From the NCBI GenBank assembly GCA_031400935.1, contig JANNQV010000032.1:62001-126000 (forward strand): a DNA stretch of 64,000 bases, in the 5' to 3' direction. The DNA is from Armatimonadota bacterium. GTDB lineage: Bacteria; Armatimonadota; Fimbriimonadia; Fimbriimonadales; Fimbriimonadaceae. Below, piece by piece: positions 8,440 to 17,141 of this stretch; within the stretch, counting starts at the first letter, position 1, and every line of letters begins with the position of its first letter. The notes below the pieces were generated by a model. That model searched no databases. It worked only from the letters and a program-made list of their open reading frames with translations, and was not told where the DNA came from. A program made the translations under genes and the position numbers.

Positions 8440-9636
8440 ATGCCTCTATTTGGTTATTCAGCTATTGACGGAAACGGGAAAATGACGAAAGGCTCGATGG
8501 AAGCCGAGTCAGAAAATGCTGTTCTAGGCCGTTTGAGAGACCAATCTCTTCATGCCGTAGAGATCAAGTCCATTCGCAAAGCAAAGCACGGAAACGTCAA
8601 GAAGATGAAGCCCAAGGCACTTGTTGTGTTTTCGCGCCAGTTCGCGACGATGATTGATGCTGGTATCCCGATTTTGCGATGTCTGGACATTTTGACTTCA
8701 CAGACGAAAGACCTGGCTCTTAAATTTGCTGCTGAACAAGTCACATTAGATGTTAAAGGCGGTATGTCCCTCAATGAAGCATTGGTCAAGCACCCAAAGG
8801 TCTTCAGCAAACTCTACGTCAACATGGTGAGAGCGGCTGAGCTTGGTGGAATTCTTGATCAAATTCTTGATCGCCTCTCTGGGTTCTTGGAGTACGAGTC
8901 CGAGATTCGCGGAAAGATCAAGAGTGCGATGATGTATCCCGTCATGGTTCTTTGTTTCTCGTTTGTAATGCTCTTTGTACTGTTCAGTTTTGTACTGCCA
9001 AAATTCAAGGAGATTTTCACGGGCATGAATGCAGAAATGCCGCCCGTTACAAAAGCGCTCTTTGCCTTTGGCGATTTCATGAACAAGTACTGGTACTTAT
9101 TCATCGTCTTCGGTGTCGTAGGTTTCTTTGGATTCAAAATGTGGAAAAAGACGCCGAAAGGTCGTTGGCAAATTGACAATTTGAAACTAAGAATGCCTAT
9201 TGTTGGTGAGCTTTCATTAAAGATGTCAATCGCCCGATTTACAAGAACATTCGGTACCCTGATTAATTCGGGTGTTCCAATTATGAGAAGCCTTGAAATC
9301 GTTGGCGAGACTCTAGACAATGTTGTGCTTTGTTCCGCAATTGACCAGACTCGAATTGCGATACGAGAAGGTCAAAAGCTTTCAACACCTTTGACAGCTA
9401 CAAATTTGTTTCCAAATATGGTCACGACAATGATTGACATTGGCGAAGAGTCAGGACGACTCTCTGAAATGCTGGTCAAAGTTGGCGATTTTTACGATCA
9501 GGAAGTCGAAGCAACAGTGAAGGGACTTACCTCGATGATTGAACCAATGCTAATCATTTTCATGGGTGTTATAGTTGGATTTATCGCGATTTCAGTAATG
9601 ACCCCAATCTTTAAGCTGGTGAACAGCGTGCAATAA
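8440..9636 (+). CDS. pilC: Type IV pilus / T2SS inner-membrane platform protein PilC (GspF family)
   Basis: FSRQFATMIDAGIPI, AAELGG, GEESGRL, IEPMLI motifs; 398 aa. Confidence 0.93.
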   Translation: MPLFGYSAIDGNGKMTKGSMEAESENAVLGRLRDQSLHAVEIKSIRKAKHGNVKKMKPKALVVFSRQFATMIDAGIPILRCLDILTSQTKDLALKFAAEQVTLDVKGGMSLNEALVKHPKVFSKLYVNMVRAAELGGILDQILDRLSGFLEYESEIRGKIKSAMMYPVMVLCFSFVMLFVLFSFVLPKFKEIFTGMNAEMPPVTKALFAFGDFMNKYWYLFIVFGVVGFFGFKMWKKTPKGRWQIDNLKLRMPIVGELSLKMSIARFTRTFGTLINSGVPIMRSLEIVGETLDNVVLCSAIDQTRIAIREGQKLSTPLTATNLFPNMVTTMIDIGEESGRLSEMLVKVGDFYDQEVEATVKGLTSMIEPMLIIFMGVIVGFIAISVMTPIFKLVNSVQ

Positions 9637-9738
9637 GAGCACGGCTCAAAAGAGTAGTTTTGTTGTCTGGGTCGGCCAGGAGGGTAGACCCAGAACGCTC
9701 CAAGGATGGGAGCGAAATAGTGAATCAATGGAGTGATA

Positions 9739-11004
9739 ATGGCGAACGCATTTGCATGGCAAGAAGATCCTGAAAGTTTGGTACTACGGTACTTGGAAAA
9801 CCCACGTCCCGACCTAAAAGACCTGATTTTGACCCATTACGGGCAATTGGTCGAGCGGGTTGCAAGACGATTTACAGGACTTGAACAGCACGATGACCTC
9901 GTTCAGGTCGGTTTTATTGGGTTGCTCAATGCGCTTGGCAAGTTTGATCCAGAAGCTGGAGTTCGCTTTAACACGTATGCCACTTACCTAGTTGCAGGCG
10001 AGATCAAGCACTTCCTACGCGATCGTTCGCAAACCATCCGGCAGCCAGCTTGGCTTCAGGAACTCCGCCACAAAGTTGGCCGAACGCAAAGCTTGCTTCA
10101 ACACAATCTTGGGCGCCAGCCACATGAGTCAGAAATTGCATCGGAATTAGGAATCAGTGAGTCTTCGGTTCGCGAAGTGTTTCAAACACAGGAAATGCTT
10201 AAAGTAGCTTCTCTGGACGTAACTCCTTCGGATGACGATGGGGATTCAGACGCAGAAAAGTTGGATGCCGCAGAATTTTGCCCAGAGCAACTAGGATTTG
10301 AAGACCGAATGGTCCTAGAGCAAGCGATGAGGCAGTTGCGCGATTTGGAGCGTCAAGTGCTGATTCACTTCCACTTTGAATCCATGAATCAAACAGAAAT
10401 TGCATCAAAACTCGGAATTTCGTGCAATTACGTTTCTCACATCTTGCGGCAGTCGCTCAACAAACTTCGAAAGATTCTTACTAGCGAAGAGCGAAAAGAC
10501 GAGTTATTGAGAAGGCAAGAGAAAGACATAGACTATGATGTAGTTGATTCGGTAACTGGCGCATACACAGAAGCCTATTTCTTCAATCGCTGTGAGGAAG
10601 AGCTCCACAGAGCCTCTGGTGATAATGGTGCTCTTGGCTTGGCTCTCGTCGGCTTTCAAGGGCTAGATAAGCTCAAAAGCTTCTATGGAGAGGAAAGCGT
10701 AGTGGACTTCATTTGCGAAACGGCTGACTTCTTGAAAGACACCGTGAGACGGCTTGATGTAGTTTGCAGGTACGGGAAGAACGGATTTGCAGTCATTCTG
10801 CCAGCCACCGGAATTCATGCTTCTATCGTACAAAAGCGACTTGCTACTCGAATGGAGCATTGGGTGAAGGAGCGATTTGCGACGCTTGGATCAATCGAAG
10901 TCCACGTCGGACAGTCCTCTTTTCCAGAACATGGAAGCAGTGTAAATGATTTGATAGAATTCGCATTGAAGAACATGTGCGATATTGAAGATATCGCGGC
11001 GTAG
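9739..11004 (+). CDS. SigB/SigF/SigG-type sigma factor fused to a degenerate GGDEF domain
   Basis: DDLVQVGFIGLL..KFDP..GVRFNTYA..GEIKHFLRD (region 2) and a region 4 HTH, followed by DSVTGAY...RRLDVVCRYGKNGFAVILP. ATG at 9739 follows GGAG; alternative GTG at 9733. Confidence 0.88.
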   Translation: MANAFAWQEDPESLVLRYLENPRPDLKDLILTHYGQLVERVARRFTGLEQHDDLVQVGFIGLLNALGKFDPEAGVRFNTYATYLVAGEIKHFLRDRSQTIRQPAWLQELRHKVGRTQSLLQHNLGRQPHESEIASELGISESSVREVFQTQEMLKVASLDVTPSDDDGDSDAEKLDAAEFCPEQLGFEDRMVLEQAMRQLRDLERQVLIHFHFESMNQTEIASKLGISCNYVSHILRQSLNKLRKILTSEERKDELLRRQEKDIDYDVVDSVTGAYTEAYFFNRCEEELHRASGDNGALGLALVGFQGLDKLKSFYGEESVVDFICETADFLKDTVRRLDVVCRYGKNGFAVILPATGIHASIVQKRLATRMEHWVKERFATLGSIEVHVGQSSFPEHGSSVNDLIEFALKNMCDIEDIAA

Positions 11005-11161
11005 CTACTTTGGGAGTGCGCGGGCTTGACCGCGGCTTTCTACTTATTGCATCCATTGGATAAATATTCTCAATCTTTGGACTTTCATCCACTTTCCAAA
11101 TAATAGCGCGGTTAAGCCAGCCCACTCCCAAAACCGAACCAAACCGAACACAATATGTAGC

Positions 11162-11833
11162 GTGACCCGAATTTACGAGCGCATTGAGTTTCCGGTTCCG
11201 CCGAATGACAGGCCGTTCGTGTTCTGCAACATGGTCAGTACGATTGACGGCAAGATTCTGTCTGGCGAGCGACACGAAGGGGTAATGGATCTGGGCTCAG
11301 ATGTGGATCACCAGGCAATGCGAGACCTTGAATCTCATGCCGATGCGGTGCTCATTGGAGCTTCAACTTTGCGAGCCACAAAGGGAATTTGGTATCCAAA
11401 TAGGCTTTTGAAGATCGTAATCACGAATTCTGGCAATCTTCCATGGACTAGTCGCTTCTTTACCGATGATCCTTCGCGGGTTATCGTTGTCGCACCTAAG
11501 GTTTCGGAAACTGAGCTTCCTAGCGGAACTCACCGAATCAATCAGACTGATACGAATCCGATTCAGCACTTGCTAACCGAGTTGCGAAATACATTCGGCA
11601 TTGAAAGATTGATATTAGAAGGAGGTAGCGAAACGAATGCAGCCTTTTTCAAAGAAGATCTCATTGACGAACTTTTCCTCACCTTTGCGCCCTTAATAAA
11701 ACTTGGACGCGAAACACCGACCATCGCCGGAGGCGATCCTTTAACTCGTGAAGCCCTTTTGAAATTCAAATTGATTCAAAATCAAACGGTGGGTGACGAA
11801 ATTTTCCTGAGATACCAAAGGAATCGGAATTGA
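11162..11833 (+). CDS. RibD C-terminal / dihydrofolate reductase family protein
   Basis: RPFVFCNMVSTIDGKI, ADAVLIGAST, LILEGGSETN, LIDELFLTFAP. Confidence 0.85.
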   Translation: MTRIYERIEFPVPPNDRPFVFCNMVSTIDGKILSGERHEGVMDLGSDVDHQAMRDLESHADAVLIGASTLRATKGIWYPNRLLKIVITNSGNLPWTSRFFTDDPSRVIVVAPKVSETELPSGTHRINQTDTNPIQHLLTELRNTFGIERLILEGGSETNAAFFKEDLIDELFLTFAPLIKLGRETPTIAGGDPLTREALLKFKLIQNQTVGDEIFLRYQRNRN

Positions 11834-12978
11834 TACGAAATCACCCGTTAGGAATCCTAACGTTTTGGACTCGAAATTGGAAGCGTGCGGTTCCGCTAGT
11901 TGGCGTCATCGTGCTGGCGGTTCTGCTCGTTTGCGGAATCGTTTCCATGATGAATTCGATTCCCCATTCGATTCGAACCATATATTCTTATTCGAAGCAC
12001 TTTGTGGCCGTCACGCCTCGGGGCGATCCTGAAATGACCCCAAAAATCGTTGATCAGCTTACATCCGAATCGCCAATTCCAATCGAACGAATCATTCTTT
12101 GCCGGGCAACGGGCCGTCAAGTGATGAGCATAGTGGGCAAATGGCCGTTTGCTGTAATCGGCATGAAACCAGACGATGCCGACTACTACGTGAAGCGAAT
12201 GGGTGCAACAGAGATTGAAGGCAGAATGCCCAATGAAGCCAGTGCAGAAGCGATTATCAGCGAGCCTGTTGCGCGCAATCTAAGGCTGAAACTTGGAGAC
12301 AATCTGCAAAAACCAGACGACAACGAAAATTACTCGCCCTACCCGATCAAAATCGTCGGAATCGCGCAAACCGACGAATGGCTGATGGTTGGCGATTACG
12401 AATACCAAAAGGCGAACCATTTTCCGCCTGTGGATGGCGTTTTGGCGTTCGCTAGAGATTTGGATCAGCAGAACAAACTAGACCATTGGACATTTGATAA
12501 ATTCAAAGGCCAACGGGCGAGCGTTCTTGCATTCTTCGATCTGAACAACGACACCGACTTGATGTTCCGAACCCTTTACAAAATTCTAAATGTTGTTATC
12601 GGCACGTTAGTTCTGGTGGTCACGATCATGATGGGAATGCTCATCAATATCTATCAATCGCAGCGAGTGCTCGAATTCGGTCTGCTTCAAGCGCTCGGGT
12701 ATACGAAAGCCCAGCTTTTGGGTAGAGCCATCTGGGAAAACCTGATCATCGTTGGAATTGGGTGGGTTTTGGGGCTGTTTTCCGCCTTTGGACTGCTGGT
12801 ACTTGTTGATCGGCAATTAATGCGGCCGAATGCATACGCCATCGAAACTTTTGACTTGCAAGCGTTTTCCTACACGATTCCGGTGCCGCTTGCGATCATG
12901 GCGGTTGCGACCTTGACCATTGCACTCCGATTTCGAAAATTCGACCCGGTCGGCGTGGTCGAAAGGAGGCTTGTATGA
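11830..12978 (+). CDS. ABC transporter permease, FtsX/MacB family
   Basis: N-terminal TM, periplasmic loop, QRVLEFGLLQALG motif, three C-terminal TMs. Confidence 0.85.
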   Translation: MIRNHPLGILTFWTRNWKRAVPLVGVIVLAVLLVCGIVSMMNSIPHSIRTIYSYSKHFVAVTPRGDPEMTPKIVDQLTSESPIPIERIILCRATGRQVMSIVGKWPFAVIGMKPDDADYYVKRMGATEIEGRMPNEASAEAIISEPVARNLRLKLGDNLQKPDDNENYSPYPIKIVGIAQTDEWLMVGDYEYQKANHFPPVDGVLAFARDLDQQNKLDHWTFDKFKGQRASVLAFFDLNNDTDLMFRTLYKILNVVIGTLVLVVTIMMGMLINIYQSQRVLEFGLLQALGYTKAQLLGRAIWENLIIVGIGWVLGLFSAFGLLVLVDRQLMRPNAYAIETFDLQAFSYTIPVPLAIMAVATLTIALRFRKFDPVGVVERRLV

Positions 12979-13616
12979 TCGAAGCGATTGGTACCTCACT
13001 TGTCTACCAAGACCATGGCCGTGACGTTTTCGCCTGCCAAAACATCAATCTTTCAGTTTCTGAAAACTGCTTTTTGGGCATTCTTGGGCCGTCGGGTTCG
13101 GGTAAGTCTTCCCTGCTTTACCTTTTGAGCGGGCTCAAGATTCCAACAAGTGGATCAATTCAGTACCGGGGTACTGACCTAAAGGATTTGAGCGACCTTC
13201 AAAAGGCGAACCTGCGACTAAGTGAATTTGGCTTTCTATTTCAGCAATCTTATCTTCTGGGCTACTTAACGGCAGTTGAAAACGTAATACTCGGCGGGGG
13301 AAACAATTCCGAGATTCAGGAAGCTCGAGAACTCTTGAAAAAACTTGACATGGGTACAAAAGAACACAGGTTTCCTCATGAATTAAGCGGAGGCGAACGC
13401 CAAAGAGTTTGTGTAGCTCGGGCGTTGATGGGCAACCCAAAAGTCATTTTCGCTGACGAGCCAACTGCTTCCCTTGACCATACCAACGGCGCTCAAGTTG
13501 TAGCTTTGTTGAACGAAAATCGCGGCAAAGGGAGCCTTGTAATGGTGACTCATGATCCTTCCATGTTGGAGAAGGCAGACAAAGTTTTGGAGATTTCTGA
13601 GGGAGAACTTCGATAA
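12975..13616 (+). CDS. ABC transporter ATP-binding protein (LolD/MJ0796-like)
   Basis: GPSGSGKS, LSGGERQR, ADEPT, VTHD. Confidence 0.93.
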   Translation: MIEAIGTSLVYQDHGRDVFACQNINLSVSENCFLGILGPSGSGKSSLLYLLSGLKIPTSGSIQYRGTDLKDLSDLQKANLRLSEFGFLFQQSYLLGYLTAVENVILGGGNNSEIQEARELLKKLDMGTKEHRFPHELSGGERQRVCVARALMGNPKVIFADEPTASLDHTNGAQVVALLNENRGKGSLVMVTHDPSMLEKADKVLEISEGELR

Positions 13617-13713
13617 ATGGCAAACAATCGTTTCGGTTGGCAGATTTTGTCTAGATAGGAGCAGGTTGAACCCGAAAATACTGAATTCTGCTCTAAACCG
13701 CTATAATGAGTCT

Positions 13714-14019
13714 ATGACAGGCGACCACGATGTTCACGTTCTTGATGAGAAACGGCTAAAAAGCGAGCTTGCGATGTTCATTTGGGCGCAATCTGAACAA
13801 CGCCGGGAGCGACAAGGAAGCGATAAGCCGAGAGACAATGTGGCTTTCCTGCAAAGCAAAGAATCGCTTATGCTTGATGTTGTGAAGCTCGCAGGGCTCA
13901 CGATTCGCAATACAGATTTGATAGCACGCCTGAAGGAAATGCTCAGTCAAGGCAAATCGGAAGAGATCCAATTGCTTGATGCCAAGCACATTGCATCCAA
14001 GATCAGCGTAAAGGTCTAA
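13714..14019 (+). CDS. Hypothetical protein (~101 aa), probably leaderless
   Basis: TATAAT at 13702-13707, 6 nt before ATG 13714. Confidence 0.55.
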   Translation: MTGDHDVHVLDEKRLKSELAMFIWAQSEQRRERQGSDKPRDNVAFLQSKESLMLDVVKLAGLTIRNTDLIARLKEMLSQGKSEEIQLLDAKHIASKISVKV

Positions 14020-14123
14020 CCCATTTCTGCGACGGAGTTTCAGACAACGGTCGCAAAGGTTCGCAACTCGATCGTTTCGAGCCAAGACAATCTAAAGTGA
14101 GTTTAACACCGCCCTAGGAACAA

Positions 14124-14750
14124 CTACTCCAAGCTTGAATCAATACTCTCGCCAACTAAAGCTGGCTCCATGGCTGATTCAACAGGCGTTTCTTCAATCA
14201 CGACAGCACGAAGCACCTTCACAACAAATAGAATTGCATCTGGTGAACTAGCGAGTTCCATTCCTTTTGGAAGCTCGACATCGCCCGCCGTAATGTGATC
14301 GCCCATTGCAAGCTGAGAAATGTCAACGTCAATATGGCTTGGAAGGTCTCCGGCTCTACCTCGAACCTGAATCATAAGATTTGGATGAACCACGGTCCCT
14401 TCGGCTGCCAGAACCGCAGGAGGAGTTCCCGTATGGTGAATGGGAACATCAACAGTCATCGTTTCGTTTAGGTTCAAGTCCATGAGCACGACAGTTTGAA
14501 TGTGCTTTTGCATCAGGCTCTTTTGCACTTGCTTCACAACGGCGTTGCGGGTTTTGGTCTCGCCTTCAAGGTTGACTGTTATCATGCCCGCGCCTTTTGC
14601 GCCAGCCATTGCCTTAAGCAAATCGCCTTCCGTGGCTTTCAAGGTTAGCGTCGGCTGGCCTCGAATTACGTAACCTACAGGAATCCATCCCGCGTTTCGC
14701 ATAGCGTTTAGCTTTGTATTGTCTCGGTTCTTCAAGTTGAGTGCTGACAT
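14124..14750 (-). CDS. rplY: 50S ribosomal protein L25 / general stress protein Ctc
   Basis: MRNAGWIPVGY, VDVPI, LPSHIDVDISQL..GDHITAGDV; RBS AAGGAG. Confidence 0.85.
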   Translation of the reverse strand: MSALNLKNRDNTKLNAMRNAGWIPVGYVIRGQPTLTLKATEGDLLKAMAGAKGAGMITVNLEGETKTRNAVVKQVQKSLMQKHIQTVVLMDLNLNETMTVDVPIHHTGTPPAVLAAEGTVVHPNLMIQVRGRAGDLPSHIDVDISQLAMGDHITAGDVELPKGMELASSPDAILFVVKVLRAVVIEETPVESAMEPALVGESIDSSLE

Positions 14751-14848
14751 GATCCTTTCTCCTTCCGTCGTTGCATAAGGGTACCTAGTCAGGAGAGTTC
14801 GAGATTGGGCATGACTGCGCCTTCCCCTGACAAGTGCGGAGTGCCGCT

Positions 14849-15150
14849 CCTTCCCCCGTCAAGATGATTTACTTCCTAGGATTACAGGATGCCTTTGACG
14901 GGGGAAGGTTGGGATGGGGGCAGTTTGCGAGTTTCGGAGTTGGGAACTTCCCTCCTTTCGAAGATCCCGCCGAAGGGAAATGAGCTTGCGAATCGGAAGA
15001 AGCAGGGACTGAGGGTGGATGGCGAAGTTTTTCCCGATTTGATTCATTCGTTTCAGCTTGCCGCAGGGGGTTTGTGGTTTCAGTACTTCACTCTTTACAA
15101 TTGGGAAATATGCGCCATCCAACCCCGCCCTTCCTTCAAAGGAAGGGCGC
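14849..15150. repeat. Cluster of REP-like GC-rich palindromes
   Basis: 14-bp perfect inverted repeat CCTTCCCCCGTCAA (14849-14862)/TTGACGGGGGAAGG (14895-14908); GCCCTTCCTT..AAGGAAGGGC hairpin near 15127-15150; 16-mer shared with the fucI insert. Confidence 0.7.
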
Positions 15151-15180
15151 ATTTTCACCTATTCTTGAGTCGTGGCGCAC

Positions 15181-15375
15181 TCGATGGAGGTTGTGACGGT
15201 TTCCCGCCGACTTGTGAGGGCTTCGATGGGGGTTGTGGCGGTTTCCCGCTAAGTTGTGGCCGTTTCCCGCTCGGTTGTGGCGGTTTCTCGCCGAGTTGTG
15301 GAGCTTTCCTAGGGTGTTGTGGCGGTGTCCCTGCCTGTTGTGACGGCTTCGATGGGGGTTGTGGCCGTTTCGCTG
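15181..15375. repeat. Degenerate 21-bp tandem repeat, 9 units
   Basis: TTGTG core at 15191, 15212, 15233, 15254, 15275, 15296, 15317, 15338, 15359 (exact 21-bp period). Confidence 0.85.
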
Positions 15376-15485
15376 AGCAGCTCACTGATGAACTCGTTCA
15401 TGGCCTTTCGGTGCCACCCGGACCTTGAGTCATAATCTGCGGGCTCACATGTCAACGGCGGCGAGATACAATTACAGTTAAGCAA

Positions 15486-16331
15486 ATGCCAAGTGCAACG
15501 ATAAAACTCTTTTTGGTACACGGTGACGCGAAGCGATTGCGCACGGCCGAGCTTTCTAACTGGAATGGAAAGGCTGTCGCTGGACCCAGAAGTGAACTTG
15601 ATAGCCTCCTAGCCCGGGACGATTCTTTGAAATCTGGTGTCTATTTTCTAACTGGAACTGATTCGAAAACAGGTGAGGCTGTTGTCTATGTTGGCGAAGC
15701 AGAAGTCATTCGATCACGATTACGAGGTCACTTGGACAAGGAATTCTGGAACCATGTTGTGTTCTTTGTTAGTAAGGACGACAACTTAACGAAGGGCCAT
15801 ATTCGTTATCTTGAAGGCAGACTCATAGCAACTGCTAAAGAAGCCGGGAGAGCGAACGTAAGCAATGGTCAGTCGAGTGGGTCCCCTCTACCAGAATCCG
15901 ATCGCGAAGACATGGAGATTTTTCTTGAGAAGATACTTCAACTTATGCCAGTACTTGGAGCGGACGCTTTATTGCCCGTCAGAATGGCACCGCAAGGAGA
16001 GACTGAGAACGAACTCTTGATTTGCTCAATATTTGGGTTAGAAGCTAAAGGGAGAGTAACACCGAGTGGTTTTGTGATGCATAAAGGTTCTCAGGCAGTT
16101 CTCAGGGAGCGCCAATCTACAAAAAACTTTCCGCAAGCAATTGCCAGGAGGCTTAGCCTCATTGAAGACGGAATACTGATTGAGCAAGGTGATCATTTAT
16201 TGCTTACTCGAGATACGGAGTTTACGAGCCCAAGCGCGGCAGCAGCGGTTGTACATGGTGGTTCAGCAAACGGACTAATCGCTTGGAAAAACAGCAGCGG
16301 TAAAACACTTAAGGAACTCGAAGCAAATTAA
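15486..16331 (+). CDS. GIY-YIG nuclease with C-terminal DUF4357 domain
   Basis: SGVYFL..VYVGEAE..RL..H..KEFW; C-terminal FTSPSAAAAVVHGGSANGLIAWKN..GKTLKE. Confidence 0.85.
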   Translation: MPSATIKLFLVHGDAKRLRTAELSNWNGKAVAGPRSELDSLLARDDSLKSGVYFLTGTDSKTGEAVVYVGEAEVIRSRLRGHLDKEFWNHVVFFVSKDDNLTKGHIRYLEGRLIATAKEAGRANVSNGQSSGSPLPESDREDMEIFLEKILQLMPVLGADALLPVRMAPQGETENELLICSIFGLEAKGRVTPSGFVMHKGSQAVLRERQSTKNFPQAIARRLSLIEDGILIEQGDHLLLTRDTEFTSPSAAAAVVHGGSANGLIAWKNSSGKTLKELEAN

Positions 16332-16410
16332 TTGGACGCATCGATCTCCGACTGTTACAGCGAAACTGCGATCGTATGGTCTCGACCAATTTGCTGAGAT
16401 TTCCAGCCCG

Positions 16411-16453
16411 AACCCTCCATCCCCTTGCCCCTTCCTCCCAAGGGAGGAAGGGG
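16411..16453. repeat. REP-like palindrome
   Basis: CCCCTTCCTCCC-AA-GGGAGGAAGGGG hairpin; 17-mer identical to a segment inside fucI. Confidence 0.7.
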
Positions 16454-16529
16454 AATCTCTACTCAACATTCCAGTTCCCCCACACCACACCTAGCAACGG
16501 AAGCCCTCGAAGTTCCATAATCAGGTTCC

Positions 16530-17141
16530 ATGGCAGAGGTCGGCACAATTTGGAAGGAAGCGCTGCCCACGATCAAGCAAGGCGTGACGGGCGTGGGCGT
16601 TTGGGCTGCGCTCAATGCCGCCAAGGCGCTAGTGATCGAAGACGGCGTTTTAGTGCTCGGGCTAGACCACAGCGATTCAGAGCTTGCCGGGCATTTGCGG
16701 CTTCCGCAAACTCGAAACCTGATCGAATCTACGCTCAGCCGGTATGCAGGCGAATCCATTCAGCTTCGCGTGATTGACGGCCCTGGGCCGGAAGATTGGG
16801 AAAACACAAAGCGTCGCGACGCAGAATCGCGCCGGCTGCAAGAGCAGGCTTTGGCAAAAGCGAAGGCTTCGATGGATTCGCGGTCCAATTGGGATACGGT
16901 TTATGAACAGCTTGGCAGGGTTTTCGCCACGACTCCGAACAAATCGCTGCCGCAAAATCGCGCAAGATTCTATAAAGAAGCAATTAAGATCGTCGCCGAA
17001 GCGCGAAAGGCGCAAGCGAACACCGACGATTTGACCGAGCGAAACTTCGGCAGATGCATCGAACGGGTTGCACAATACAGCGAAGTGCCAAGCGCCGTCG
17101 TGGCGATGCACATTCTTCAGCAACTTGGCGAAATGGAATGA
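16530..17141 (+). CDS. Hypothetical protein; N-terminus resembles DnaA domain I / DnaX C-terminal fold
   Basis: 203-aa ORF, stop overlaps the next start (ATGA); pattern W..AL...WAAL....IEDGVLVLG...LIESTL...G..IQLRV. Confidence 0.7.
   Translation: MAEVGTIWKEALPTIKQGVTGVGVWAALNAAKALVIEDGVLVLGLDHSDSELAGHLRLPQTRNLIESTLSRYAGESIQLRVIDGPGPEDWENTKRRDAESRRLQEQALAKAKASMDSRSNWDTVYEQLGRVFATTPNKSLPQNRARFYKEAIKIVAEARKAQANTDDLTERNFGRCIERVAQYSEVPSAVVAMHILQQLGEME

Noticed and set aside
10540..11004. Active diguanylate cyclase
   Set aside because: GGDEF is replaced by GKNGF and the catalytic Asp residues are absent
15181..15375. CRISPR array
   Set aside because: Contiguous 21-bp period with no unique spacers, and no cas genes in the window
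14859..15428. ORFs 14859-15158 (-) and 14889-15428 (+) as real genes or a transposase remnant
   Set aside because: Their translations derive from palindromes and 21-bp repeats; no transposase motif, terminal repeats or clear SD
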